This document shows, in pieces, positions 41,976 to 55,868 of a stretch of DNA of 64,000 bases. This DNA is from Bugula neritina. Its lineage: Eukaryota; Animalia; Bryozoa. The notes beneath the pieces are model-generated. The model ran no database searches. It saw only the letters and a list, made by a program, of their open reading frames with translations, and was not told the DNA's origin. Every line of letters begins with the position of its first letter. The first letter of the stretch is position 1. A program made the position numbers and the translations under genes. The stretch covers positions 2,294,001 through 2,358,000 of the forward strand of contig OZ037772.1 in assembly GCA_964035545.1 (NCBI GenBank), read 5' to 3'.

Positions 41976-43005
41976 TGCATCGTAGGTGGTGTCTGTGGTT
42001 AAAATGGCACATACAGGTTATTATGGCACAAGTGGAAAAATAGGTTAGAATGGCACATTTTCAGTATTAGGGTATAAGGGTGAGAATAGGTGTTTGGAAA
42101 AATTGAACATAAGTGTGCCATGTTTTCCTACTTTTCGCTGTGTGCCCTTCTTACCATGTCATTATCACCTGTGCCATAATATTATTAGCTGCGCCATTAT
42201 TGCCTGTGCCATAATATTGTTACCTGCGCCATTATTGCCTCTCATATTATTATACTAAATTATGTCATAATAAAGTATGATAATATGAGATACTTCAAAC
42301 ACAGTTGTATAAACTTATGTTTCAGCAACATTATTTCTGTTTTCTTTTTGTGTATTAGCAATTGTCTCTCTTGTGATTTTTTGAAGAGGTTGAAAGCAAT
42401 TCTGTGTATGTTAATATAATTAATAATCTAAACTTTCTAAAAATATTTTCGAAATCATTCATCAAAAGTTGAATCATATTTATTAAACAGCAGTTTTACC
42501 AATTTTTTTCAATGAAATTATAACGCTTGTATATATATAATTTTATTGTTATTATCAATCAGTAGTCAATTGAATAGATTGTATTATAGATTGTAGTGTT
42601 TGGTCACATATATATAATTATTTGTAGGTTGCTGCTTGACTGTCAGCCCATATATAGCATTAAAACTTTGATATAACACCTTTACATCAACAAACTCTGT
42701 ATACTGACTGCACCTTCACGCTTTGTGTTTCAAGGTGCTGCAGGGTTGTTGAACTTATAATACTATTCTGTTCTATAAATTGTTTTCACAAATTCTACTT
42801 TATAAACTGTTATGGTATATATCACATTCTTTTGTTATTTAGCCTACACTTGTAATTAATATGGCATACAAGTCTATGCAAGTATTATTTTGCAATAATT
42901 GTTTAAATTTTTTGTCACTTTTTATTTATATAAAATAAATCTTTTGATCACTTGTTTTTTGACTACAGTTTTTCATATGCTGATTGAAAAGTCCAAAAAA
43001 TCATT

Positions 43006-43011
<6 letters not shown>

Positions 43012-43099
<88 letters not shown>

Positions 43100-43123
43100 T
43101 ATATATATATACATATACATATT

Positions 43124-43165
<42 letters not shown>

Positions 43166-43335
43166 TATATATATATACATATACATATTTATATATACAT
43201 ATATATATATATACATATACATATTTATATATACATATATATATATATACATACATATATATATATATATACATACATGTATATATATACATACATGTAT
43301 ATATATATATACATACATGTATATATATATATTAT
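43012..43335. repeat. (TA)n/(TACA) microsatellite
   Basis: TA-rich run abutting the Penelope RT fragment. Confidence 0.95.
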
Positions 43336-43880
43336 AGCTATTGTGTCGCAAAACTGTAACATCCAGAAAAGAAAGTGATTTATTGGTTTCTAGTTCGTGA
43401 GTAAATTTTATGTTAGGATGAAAATTATTAAGTGTGTTGAGTGTTGTGTTAATATAATCAGGGTCTATTGTTGCAAATGTGTCATCTATGTATCTCACCC
43501 AAGGTGACATTGAATTCAATTTTGGTATTACTTTCTGTTCTAGTTTTGTCATGAATATATTCGCAATTATTGGTCCTAGAGGAGATCCCATAGCAACACC
43601 ATCCGTCTGTGTATAAATGATGCCGTTGAAAGTAAAGTGAACTTGTTTTGTACAAAGGTTGAGTAAGTTTATCATTTTTTTCTTTGGTATAGTTGTTTGG
43701 ATTTGTTGTTTCTCATAAATATCATTTATGATTGCTGAAATTGTGTAGTCAAGTGGTACAGAAGTAAAGAGGGAAACAACATCAAATGATATCAGTTGAT
43801 GGTTTGCTGGAATATGAAGTTGCCGTATATATGTAAGAAAACTATCGGTTGATTCGATATTACTTTCAGATTCACTAATT
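43336..43880 (-). mobile_element. Penelope-like element reverse transcriptase fragment
   Basis: [63 protein letters not shown]...LSFLDV. Confidence 0.9.
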
Positions 43881-44597
43881 GTCCAATCAGATGGTAGCAT
43901 TGCAACATGGTGCTTACTAGAAGGATGCCTTCATACATGCTTAGGAGCTGTCCACTGTCAGTAGACCTAATGGTATTTCTACCAGGTGAATGGGGAACAT
44001 GTCATAATTAAACTGCAACCAATTGAACTACTCATCAAATTACACACATTTCACAAAGCAGCTGCATCACAGACAGCTCATGTGTAGAGTAAAACAGTGT
44101 TTATATCTAGTTGATTGCCTTATATATTATTTATCAGATTCCTGATTGCATGACAAGAAACAATTTGATTGGCTACTCAATACTGTTGTATACACAGCAA
44201 TGGAATGTATATTATTACGTATGCCTAGAATACATTTGCTTAGTCATGTTGGAGTTACTTGCACTTGCATGTCAATTCAGTGAACAAATTCTCCCACAAA
44301 CAAGTTATTTACAGTTACTGCTCCAGTGAAGATCATTTTACTAATCGAACTCAACTTGAACTAAAGCTAATGAGGCATGAAAACAGACTATATTTTCACT
44401 AACAAATAAACTTTATTTATAGATAGTAAAATAGCAACATACATTTGATACAGTAAAACATATCATATCTAACTATAATTACAGAGTGTGTGTATTGATG
44501 AATTGTAATGAATATAATTATGTTGATGACAAATATTATGCATTTTATCTCCCAGTACCTCACTGAGATGATTATTAGTAAACTGTAGCTGATAAGG

Positions 44598-47500
44598 TCA
44601 GTATTTTATTGTGTATTTCTTCAGTCCACAATTGTAACATGCTAGAAACACTGTGTCTCTGTTATACACAGCAATGTCCCACACCTGGCCACTCACACCA
44701 AGACTTTCTCTTGGAATTGTAAGCACCAGTTGACCTGTAAACAATAGCATCATATTGTATCAGTTGGTGTTTATTGAGAAAAACAGACAGACTGTCTTTT
44801 AAAGATGGAACTAAGCAGGTTACACGCATGAAGTAAATACTCAAATAGAAAATAGTGTCTCATTATACAACTGCATTGACCTTGACCCACAAAGTTAGCC
44901 TGTGGCTCTTAGCATGAACACACCCACATGTTTACTCTTAATACTACTACTACTGCAGCTACTCCAACATTATCACATATTAAATACTTGACAAGAACCA
45001 ACCACAGCCACCTGAGTCCCACCAGCAAACACTGCTCTACCAGCCATCATCAAATTACAATAGTCTCAGTAATGGCATTCAGAAAGTATCAAATTATTTA
45101 TATTTAAATTATCTGATGACCAAAACAATAGCAGCACTAGACTGAAGTCAAACTACAGCTTATAACTCATGTGTAGCTGGCAGTCTGTACAGTTGTTAGA
45201 CTGAACACCTCTAAAATTACTGTAAAACACTTGCATAGTATAACAACTAGACATGCTGATAGGTGGGTTTGAACCCCTTGCAGCACCAACTCACTTAGCA
45301 GGGTGGAGTCCCTATCCTCTACACTACCAGGTGAACCCGTGGAAAGGAAGACTGAATAGAGAGTTTACTAAGAGCTCACTGCACACTACACAGAGTACAC
45401 CTTAAACCTATACAATATAATATACACTTTTACCTGTGCTTACATCCTGCATGTTACTGCAGCTGGAAATAAACTTATTGCAGGGAGGCAGTATTATTCA
45501 CTAATATTATTATTAGCTACAAGTCATGTGATGAAGAATATAACATCTACTATCAGCATGTTACAGTCTTTATTACATAACTTTTAGCTAAAAATAACAT
45601 CAGTGACTTGATAAATACTAACAATATCATAATATATCTTATGAGTGGAAGTTGTTTACTGTTAATTATTAAAATATATTATATACTACAACATAATTAT
45701 ATATAAAATAACTAAACTTACTATAATAAACAGAGTATTTACCTCCAAGTGAGAGGATGAGGAGAGGTCCATATGCTGTACAGATGTGAATCAGTTCAGA
45801 TGTTGGATCAAAGGAAATACCAGTTGGTCGTGAGATGTGAAGAAACTCCTACATTAGAGTGAGAGTTGTGTTCTCTACTTTATATCTTCTCACTGCACCA
45901 TCTTCAGCACGGTCTCCTATGAGGAGGGTTGAGTCTGGGAGGATGCATACAGGTAGAAGGATCTCCATCTCAGGAAGTGGGAACTTCTGTATTTTATTGT
46001 CAACTAGGTTACAGACTACCAGCTGTTTCTCTCTCCAGTCTACAATATAGAGCAGTGAGTGGTGCTGAGCTATTCTATAGTAAGTGGGTTTATCTACTGA
46101 ATGCTTGTAGACAGAGCGAGTCTTCTCAAAGGAGTTCGGATCAAGAAGTGAGACTCCAGCTGTTTCCTCCTCTTCGTTATACCAGCTGCCAACCATCACC
46201 CCTTCAGGTTGGATTATCTCCCCCCATGTAGTGTTGGTGTGTTTCACTGAGCTGATAGTATCCAGAGTCTCTCTATTTATTACTTCTACACCTTCTCGTG
46301 TCGGACACATGAGATGTCCATCAGCTGAGATGTTTACTGTGTAACACGAGTCACGTACAGGAAGTCCATCAGACTGCAGAGAAGATGGTGGCTGCAGCAG
46401 CTTCAGTCCCAGACTGTCTTCACTGTCTGCAACAACAAAATAACAATTCTATAACTTGAGAATCTCATCGCCTGAGGAGGTGGGAACAGCTTTTCAAACT
46501 TAAAATAAAAAGATGTTTAAATACAAGCAGTCTGTAGTTACTACAAGTTGCTGCGTGATGCGCAGGTCTAAGTGAGAATATGTTGTTGATACTGACAGCA
46601 GGTAGTCAGCATAACACAGTTTAGCAGCTCACTTATACATCATATACTCTGAAACACTGCAGAAATGTCTCATAATGTGAGAGTAGAACAAAACTCAATT
46701 CTCTAATAAATAAACTCTATCTACTTATTCTACTATTAAAATATTCAGTGAAAACAATTTAACTAATTACAAGCAGAAAGTTATTTATAGTTAGTGTTAC
46801 TATTTATAGACTCCACCTACATGTTGGTACCAAGATGCTGTCTGGAAATACACACTTCTCTATTACACCAATATCTGTAGCCTTTTCCATCTCCTCACTC
46901 ATCTCTTTGTAGTCTCTCACAATCCCTGCATCATTGAACTTATCAACTGCATGTTGTACTGTGTCCAGCAGAGACTGTCTGCCCATTGTCTTACTCAAGG
47001 CCAGCTCTATTCTATAATTATCCACTATCTGTGTGCAGCTCTTCAAATATCCATATATTTCTAGCCTCAGGTTTGTAGCTCTCTTTCTAATCTCTTCTAT
47101 CTAATAAATAGTAACACAGTGTAACCACATCTGCACCTCACAACCTCTGCACTCGAAATGAAAGTGACAGATCACCCACTGAGTGGACAATGACTCAGTC
47201 ACGTGACACTCTATACACAGCAGAGAGCTAGTACATCACGTGACTAGTCTTCTTCTCCTGACACCTGTCAATCACTTACACAGCCAACCTCTCTCTGTGA
47301 GTGATTGACAGTAGCAGAAGGATGAGTGAGTCATCTGTATTGACAGGTTCCTCTGCACTGAGTAACATGTGATGAATGACTACTGCTACTTGTACACAGA
47401 ATGATAATACTTTAATGGCCAGTTAATTCTAGTGGCAAATAAAATTCATTTCTGATTACAACTCAAAGACCAAATGCAAATTCCAATTTCAGACAAACTG

Positions 47501-50500
47501 AAATAATATTACATGACATCACCATGTTAGCATACCTGAGCGTCAGCTACAGCGTTTACTCTGGCAACCATCTTCTTCACTTCATCTTCTATTTTACTCA
47601 GTTCTTTCCAGGCATCCTTTGAGATGTCATTCAACTCTGCAACTTTCTCAGACAGAGTCTCTATTCCACCAGTCAGATTTTCTCGTAACTCACAAGACAA
47701 ATCATTCAAAGATGCCAAGTCATGGGATGCTACTGTCTCCTCTGTATACATAAAATCACACGATTCATAAAAGCATTTTTAGATATGATATTGTACTTAT
47801 TCTACACCTACTACCTGTACCTACAGGTTGGTGATGTATCACTATAGACACATACTATGTAATAACTAGACAGTTGGTTGGACTAGAAATATTTCACAGG
47901 TTAGCTCATTAATCACTGCACTTGGAATAATATAATTGAAAAAGTTAGAGCAGTGGCTCCCAACCTTGGGGGAATTCCCCCAGCAGGGAATTTGGGTTTT
48001 TCAGGGGTTTCATTTCTAAAAAATTCACACAGTTTACCAGCTCTTTGAGCTCTTGCCTTGTTTTCCAGGTCACATGTATGTGTTCTATAACTATAACTAA
48101 ACTGAAGTTGTGGCAGACACTGGTCCATGTCAAACACAAAGTGCCTTTTCCTTTTCTACCCTAGCTGCTACCCCTCCGACTATGAATGGAGGTTAAAAAG
48201 TTTCTTGAAAGTAAAAACCAACAGCAAGTTTTTGCAGTGAGTCAATCTGATCTCCATAAACTACTTATTGCATACCTAGTAGATATATTTGCTGTACTAA
48301 AAACTCTGAACCTAAATTGAATGAGTATAATCATCAACTCACTGCTTTTAATACCAGCATCAATGCTTTCAAAGCTGAACTGAAGTTGCGGCAGACACTG
48401 GTCCATGTCAAATACAAAGTGCTTTTTTCTACACTCAATGAATTATTAGGAAAACAACCTGTCCGAGATTTTCTTTATAAATGAAATTACAATTTTATCA
48501 AAGAGGCGGAAACTTAATAGAAAACATTTATAAAAAAGGTGTGACACAACTGAGTTAAAGCTATGCCTATACCATCTTATCAAGGAAACAGACACTTGAA
48601 GGATGAAATATACTAAATATTCAACATAACAGTGAGAATATAAACTCCTGCACTATCCACTTCTGTCTCACACAAACCTTAATGCTGACAAACTTACTTC
48701 CTCTTTTACTGTTACATAACTCACTTTAATAATAAAATAATAAATAACAGGTTCTTGTAATATTTCTCAGTTTCTTTCTACAGAAATAGAAACAGCAAGT
48801 AAATACCTGTCTTATCCTTACAGCCAGTCCTCATATCACATCTCATACAGAATATCTGGTGACACTTTGAACACACTTCTGTCAGCTGTTCCTGTTTATG
48901 GTGTTCACATTCAGTTATAGTATATCTTTGGGGAGAAGCTCTGTAGACCTCAATGTCAATAAACTGATGTCTATCTCCCATCAGCTCTCTGTGATTCTGT
49001 ATAATAAAGGTCAACAGTTTAGTTGGTTGTATTTTCACCAACAAGTCTGTCATAGTTGACTCGCTGCACTGTGAAACTGTGTGTTTAGTATAAAAAGTCA
49101 CACAGACTCAACATTTCTTTTCAATAATATTCTACATACAAACCAGAACTGGTTTAGTAACTAATCTTGAGAAATTATATAAGAAAGACTCACTTCTTGA
49201 TGCTGCTGACACAACTTTTTTTGACTGTCGACACAAAACACAGCAGCTTGTGTTCCACCTTTACACACATCGCAGGGAATGGGTGCAGGTTTGGGTGAAG
49301 ACTTGTATTCTAAGGGGTCTCCATGCTGAGCTACTGGTAGTGTTGTGGGATCCGTGATGTCATAGTGATCTTTCCTACAATATATAGCAATCAGTATGTT
49401 ACCTGTGTTAGCTGTGTTTAGTATATCTCAAGTAATGAAATACTCCATCCACACACACAGCTATGTCTTTGACAAATACTCATATAAATACTCAAAACTC
49501 ATCAACACACATTCATTATATAGACCACAGGCTATCACACAAACACACTTGACTATATTATGTACCTAATATGCTGTAAAATAGTCACTCATGACAAAGA
49601 ACTGCTACTCAACAAATAGACTCAACTGTAACTTGTATTGTAAAATGACAAGACAAATTACTAGTTAACTACTGAGTGGAGGCCATATTGTCAATAATTA
49701 TTCACTACTGTTGCAAATTTGTGCAATGCAACTAATTACTGAGGGGTGAATTCTGAGGAGCCAATACTACAACATACTACAACTATTCCCTGCCACTCTA
49801 ACTGCTAGGAGTGGCGCGAAACTGTCATTTCATCATCCTTGGCAATGTTTCAAGAGCTAGTGCACTGTGAGTGCGTGTCACGTGTGAGTTGCCTATCTCG
49901 TGCAGCTAGCATAAAAAGAGGGAGTCGTAGGATAAGTTGTAGTTAGTAATCCATTACTAGTAGGATGACACATACACATGTTTACTATCTTCAGTGTAGT
50001 ACTGCTATGTATGTGCAGCAGGTTGGGTCTCAGTCTAAGTCAGAGAGGGGGGGTGGCATAATATAGGCCTAAATCCTCAACACTATTCATGAATCAGTAC
50101 AAAGTAACACCTAATTATACAACTGACTGATGGTAGAAGAAGTAATCAACTCATCAAAGCTAAAGGAAACACTCAATTCACAGATTATATTAGACACTGA
50201 TTGACACCCCATAATGTTATATTGTACAACTTACCACCAAATACAATTGTGGTGGCCATCTAACAATCAATCAAAAGTTTAGCATTGGATTTAACTAAAT
50301 AGGTCACAGAATCACTGGATTCCTGTCTAAGGGACTGACTACTAATTGTCATAAGACCTGCTCTTTAGTCAAATAATTTCCCAGTGACTGCTTGGCCTTG
50401 CCAATGGCTATTACACTTTGGCAGCCCGGATGTTGGCCGAATTTGGAACAGCTAGTGGTAATAGTAGCAGCTGCTAGACTCCAGAGCTATGAGTCTATGG

Positions 50501-51748
50501 CATTAGAACTAAAGCTATTGAGCAAACTGCCATTATAAAAGTACCTCTCTCAACATTATATTAAAATAATATAATTCTACTCCTTACAGATTACACATAA
50601 CCATGGACAATAACCAGACACTCCACTCTCACTACACAATCACTACATACTAGTAAACTGTACTTTGTGCTACAACAACTCTGTTGTCATGACAACATCA
50701 TACATGTTTTTAATCACAGGAAAGAAGATGGTAAACACAAGTCAATTCAACACAGTGGTTCCCAACCTGGGGGATTCTTCTAAGAGGGAATTTGGGCTTT
50801 TTAGGGAGAGCTGAGATTTTGATTTCAAAAATTTCAAGCAGTTTGTTGAAGACTTTGAGCCCTTGCAAGTTACATGTACATGTATATCTATAAGCCTTCA
50901 TCTTAGCTTATCCATTTAACCAGTTCTGCCATCTCAGTCTACTTCTACATGAATGTGTTTTTAATTTCAATTTTGGGGTTGGGGTTTAAGGGTTGGGGTG
51001 GGAGGTTTGAAAGCAAGCTGACACAATGTCATCAGCTGCAGCCATAATATCATTAATTGAACTGCTCTGTGTTTTACACATGCATAATATAATTATCAGA
51101 AATAACTATATTGTATTTAAATGTAATGGAAAAGTATTGCATTGTAATCTATATTATCATTTTGTCACTCATAAAAATTTCCGATTGTCAAAAGGGAGGG
51201 GAATCAACAGTAAACATGTATGAAAGTGGGAATGGTATGAAAAAGATTGGGAATGACTGCTCTAACAAGTCTTGTACTGTATGAGAACAAAGTAATATAA
51301 TGAGGAGACAACCCCAATCTCATGACATCCAACAGCACCACAATTCAACAAGAGAGGACAGCTGATGGTGCAATCTACATAACAGATATCTTTTTAACCT
51401 AATGAAAAGAGATCCACACACTCCACAAGTTAGTAACCAGAGTTCACATAGAATATACAGTATTGTTTGCTTTTCATAGACACAGATCAGACAACTCCTA
51501 GATGATAGTGAGATAATCATATGCAAGCCAATGACATGATATATTGTGTTATGTACTGTAACTCACCTACAATAAGCACATCTAATATGATCCTTCCTAC
51601 CACCAATGTCAGTCTTCAAACATCTCATGCAGTACACATGCAGACAGGGCAGAGTTCTGGGATCTTCAAGTTTGTTGAAGTACTGCGAGCAGTACCCACA
51701 GCGATACGAATTGTTTAGTCTCTTTTTCACGACTCTGGATTCTGCCAT
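44598..51748 (-). CDS. TRIM (RING-Bbox1-Bbox2-coiled coil-NHL-like beta-propeller) gene with one premature stop. Exons 51748-51567, 49374-49194, 48996-48807, 47741-47536, 47100-46821, 46426-45743, 44734-44598 (1860 nt)
   Basis: RING CGYC...DPRTLPCLHVYCMRC...IRCAYCR; B-box1 CDVC..AAVFCVDSQKKLCQQH; B-box2 CEHHKQEQLTEVCSKCHQIFCMRC; helical exons; propeller blades (LLYIVDW, PVCILPDSTLLIGD, PTGISFDP, VWDIAV). All intron phases match. In-frame TAG at 45849-45851. Confidence 0.88.
45260..45330 (-). mobile_element. tRNA-derived SINE head
   Basis: Minus strand TGGTAGTGTAGAGG (A-box-like) ... GGGGTTCAAACCC (B box); no complete cloverleaf. Confidence 0.55.
47951..48480 (+). mobile_element. hAT-Charlie/Buster-like remnant (intronic)
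   Basis: TIR CAGTGGCTCCCAACCT; IAYLVDIFAVLKTLNLN at ~48267-48318; internal ~50-bp duplication (48099 and 48377). Confidence 0.65.
50753..51259 (+). mobile_element. hAT-Charlie/Buster-like non-autonomous element (intronic)
   Basis: CAGTGGTTCCCAACCT ... AGATTGGGAATGACTG termini; 5' part similar to the 41236 and 47951 copies. Confidence 0.65.
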
Positions 51749-53227
51749 CTTGGTTATATGATAAGGAAATCCTGTAAAAGATGCACATATACTCTTAGCA
51801 TAATATTTTACACTACATCTGTGAAGGTTTGTCCTTCACCTTCCCAACCAAAGACTGACACATTAACTTCTAAGTCATCACCAGACCATCAATATGAAGA
51901 GGAGAAGTAAAACATGAATACCGGTGAGTTATGTATTAATTTCATGAACAAACAGCGCAATTGGGCTCAGCTGCTTATGTTAGCTGGAGACTTCATGAAC
52001 TCCCAATAATAATGTGTTTCTAACTGAGTATTTTGACACACTACTGGGACAGAGTCTACACCTGAGCATACGATAGACTTTGTTCCTTCCCAGGGTGTAC
52101 TTGAACTATTCCATAGCAAGGAGTGTATAGCATGAGTGAGAAACAGGGGGAACATAGCAGTGTGAGAAAACATAGTTGTATGAAATAGTTTGTACTGGGT
52201 GTTAAAAATTTTTTGTTTTCTCAATAATCTACATGACAAAACTCATTTTAACATTTCTGCAGTGTTGGTGATGCATGATTCAATATGTTACTTAGAGTCA
52301 CCCTTCCATAAGTCAGGAAACATGCCATCAATTGCTAGTTTGCTATTCTAATCATCTAATAGAAACTATGGTGGTGTGAAACATACTAATTTAACATGTT
52401 TGTGCTTCTGTTAGGACAGGTGTAGTTGTTTCATGAGTTGGCAGCTTCTACACTCATCTCTAGCCAATTATTTATTCTACACTCTTACCTAGCAAATGAT
52501 TTACTAACACTAACCTCATATTTTATGTCTACAACAATGGTAGATCATAAAAATGTGGCTAACCATATATTCTCAGTAATTTATAGAATACTCAATTACC
52601 AATTAATTTCACCACCTACTATGTAAATACTTCAGTTTTTAAATGACAGAAATTGAGAGGTAAAGATAGAAGCAAGTGTTGTTATATAAATCGGAGCAGT
52701 ATACTGCAGTTTGTTGGTAAAATCATAGCTGCATGAATAAAATAATATAAGCCAACCAAATAAATATGCTATTCACAATGAATACAGAAGGGCAGTGCAT
52801 TGGAATGTGCAGGGTGTGACAATGTATCACATGCAGTGATCACTATGCACCGTCATTAATAACTGACTAGTGCCAGTGGTAAGATATTCTGATATTCAAA
52901 TTGAGTAAGTGTAACATGAATTTAAAAATTCGCAATAAATATTATAAGTATGATAATTTTACAATCATAAATTCACAAAGTAAAGATAAGTGACTCACTG
53001 GTTATAATAAACCTACTATAAGTATAACTATTAACTATAAGTATAAGTATACGTATAACTTCTTAAGATTATCATTATTAATAAATTTAATGATGATGGT
53101 AGCGAGCGTGGTATTAAAACTGATTGCAACACTAAATCTAATACTAATAGTTAAAGCAATGTAGTAAATGTAATACTTATACTGATTGCCGACTATTGAT
53201 AAACTAGGTCTATAAATGTTATACTAA

Positions 53228-53340
53228 CCTCCGAGTTATCAGTGTGTAGCCCTCTTCAGTCAGCGTGTGAATGACCGTGTACAATGACGTTATAATGTTA
53301 CAGCAGAAGGGGCGTGTATCTGTTGAGTCACGTGACATAC
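53228..53340 (-). promoter_or_regulatory. Candidate promoter and non-coding first exon of the TRIM gene
   Basis: Donor CTCGGAG|GTTAGT at ~53228 could pair with acceptor TTTTACAG|GATTTCC at ~51771. Upstream motifs TGACGT, GGGGCGTG and TGAGTCACGTGAC. Confidence 0.45.
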
Positions 53341-53438
53341 ATTAACCAGTTATGCTTGGCTTAGGGAACTACAATGACATTTGTTATATAAGTATAATAA
53401 TATTATTTACATTATTTACATTAGGTTTTGAGTATGAT

Positions 53439-53670
53439 TTACAAATTTTTAAAATGATCCATTTTAGGCTGAATTTCGTGTTGTTTTTGTTCTAAATCCC
53501 GGATGTGTCTGCTGAGTTGTGTGTTGTTGACTTTATCTGCATGTAGGAAAGAGGCTTTGTGGTTGTTGAATCTGGTTTTGAAGGTAGTTGAACAAAGTCC
53601 TATGTATGATTGGCTGGAGTTACTGTCATGTCTTGTCACAGTTGCTTGGTATATTAAGTCTTTGCAAACC
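53439..53670 (-). mobile_element. Penelope-like GIY-YIG endonuclease fragment
   Basis: CKDLIYQATVTRHDSNSSQSYIGLCSTTFKTRFNNHKASF...TQLSRHIRDL. Confidence 0.8.
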
Positions 53671-54709
53671 TTATTATATATTAATAACTTAATGCCATTT
53701 GCTTATATACTTCATAGCAGCCAAAGTAAAATTTAAAATGTTGGTATGGTCAACACAGTTGGAACTAAGTGACTAAAATATATGTTACACTCCATTTTAA
53801 ACTAACAATGTCTAATTTCAGGATGAATAGGTTAAATAATCAAATCTGAAAACTGCAGCTTATCAGAAATCTGTGACCAACTTTAGTACTGTAATAATTT
53901 TGATGATGAAATCTACAAGCTGAGAAATAAGTTGTGTAGTGCTGTATGGTAAAATATATTTTGCAATATTAAAGAAATGATTGGATTAAATAAATTTAAA
54001 AATGTAGCACCAACAGAATTACTAAATCAACAACAGTTTCAAAATATATAAAATCATAGGGAGGGGCATAATACCCTCCCTAACTCATTCTACAATTACT
54101 ACTCACAATCTCAGGTTATGGTGGAATAATTAAAAGAACAGCATAAACCCTATAGCTAAACTTCTTCAAATTTATATGTACAAAAATCACCATCACTGCC
54201 TTGGAAGTCTCGGATAAATTTATTTAGAGTAATCAAATATTTCATTTAAAAATTAGGTTATATAAAAATCAGACTGCTGGTCTCAGCCAACCAAACATTG
54301 ATTGCATTCTCTGATTGGCCACTAATTATCTAATCAGGGACAGTCTTACAAATCAGACAAATAAAACTGTTGTTAGATATGAGTCTATGACAAGCAGACT
54401 TCTCCAAGCTGAACCCCAAACTCTTTGTGGGTGGTCCTGATGTCACCAGGAGCAATGTCAATAATAGGCAAGTGGGTGGGGGTCTTGGTGTCAATCTCAG
54501 TCACTGTCAGAGCTTCTGATAGTATTTGGAATACTACAAAATGGCAAAGGGCAAACTCAAAATTCTAAACTTGCACAGAAATCAAAGTGGCTTTTGGGTT
54601 GAAGTCATTAGTAGTTATTAAAAAGCTTCAAAGGCAAACTATATTGTATATCAATATTAGTACAAAAATAGATGAAACTATCGCAATCATGTTCAAGTGC
54701 AGGTCGAAT

Positions 54710-54853
54710 TTATGCTATATAGGTTATATTTACACTATATAGGTCTGGTTTACACTATATAGGTCAGATTTACATTATATAGGTCAGATTTACATTATAT
54801 AGGTCAGATTTACAGTATATAGGTCTTATTTACACTATACAGGTCAGATTTAC
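54710..54853 (+). repeat. 20-bp minisatellite (~7 units)
   Basis: Unit TTTACATTATATAGGTCAGA. Confidence 0.9.
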
Positions 54854-55509
54854 TCTGCCTGATACTCAAACTACAATCCATACAGGAAACAAACATGTTA
54901 CTATAGCAACACTCATCAACATCAATACTATAAAAGCTAAAAAATTAAAATTGATTATCATAAATTGGTCAATTTACTCCAAGCTAAAAGATTTGCTGCG
55001 TATAGTTTATAGCTGGCGTTAACTTTTAGACTGCAATAATCTTGTTTTTTTGACAGCAGTAGCTTTAATCAGTCAGATTGATGAGCAAATTATAAAATTA
55101 AAGTATCTTTCACTTAAGAGGAGGTAACTCCACTAGATCAATCTGACAACCCCAGCATATTATTATAGAATACCTAAAAAGAATAGAAATACACAAACAA
55201 GGGTGAGTAACTCCTCATTCTTACCTGCAGGACCTTGATCTCCTTGTTTACCCTGATAACCGATCTCAACAGGTCCAGGTACTCCGTCTCTACCTGTAAG
55301 CACCCAGTGATAGCATCACAACAGGTGCAACTAGTTTTCAACTTGATTTCTATGTTGCTATAATAAACAGTGTGACTGGTCACTATAGAATAGCCCACTT
55401 GAAACCAGCTCCCTAAATAAAAGTCAAATTATAGGAGAGAATGGAGACGGCATGACGCAAGGTAGTTATAAGTTTGTAGTAAGTTTTGTCCATCTAGACC
55501 ACTGGTTAG

Positions 55510-55868
55510 TCTAGTCTGTTTACACCCCTGTGTAGTTTATTCTGTTTACACCCCTGTGTAGTTTTGTCTGTCTACACCCCTATGTAGTTTAGTCTGTCTA
55601 CACCCCTGTGTAGTTTAGTCTGTCTACACCCCTATGTAGTTTTGTCTGTCTACACCCCTATGTAGTTTAGTCTGTCTACACCCCTGTGTAGTTTAGTCTG
55701 TCTACACCCCTATGTAGTTTTGTCTGTCTACACCCCTATGTAGTTTTGTCTGTCTACACCCCTATGTAGTTTAGTCAGTCTACACCTTGTGTAGTTTAGT
55801 CTGTTTACACGTCTGTGTTGCTTGGTTTGTCTACACCCCTGTCTAGTTTAGTTTGTCTACACCCTGTA
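55510..55868 (+). repeat. 26-bp minisatellite (~13 units) with an internal hairpin
   Basis: Unit TCTGTCTACACCCCTRTGTAGTTTAG; CTACA...TGTAG is self-complementary. Confidence 0.9.

Noticed and set aside
45260-45330. Functional tRNA gene
   Set aside because: A and B boxes are present, but no convincing acceptor or anticodon stems; treated as a SINE head.
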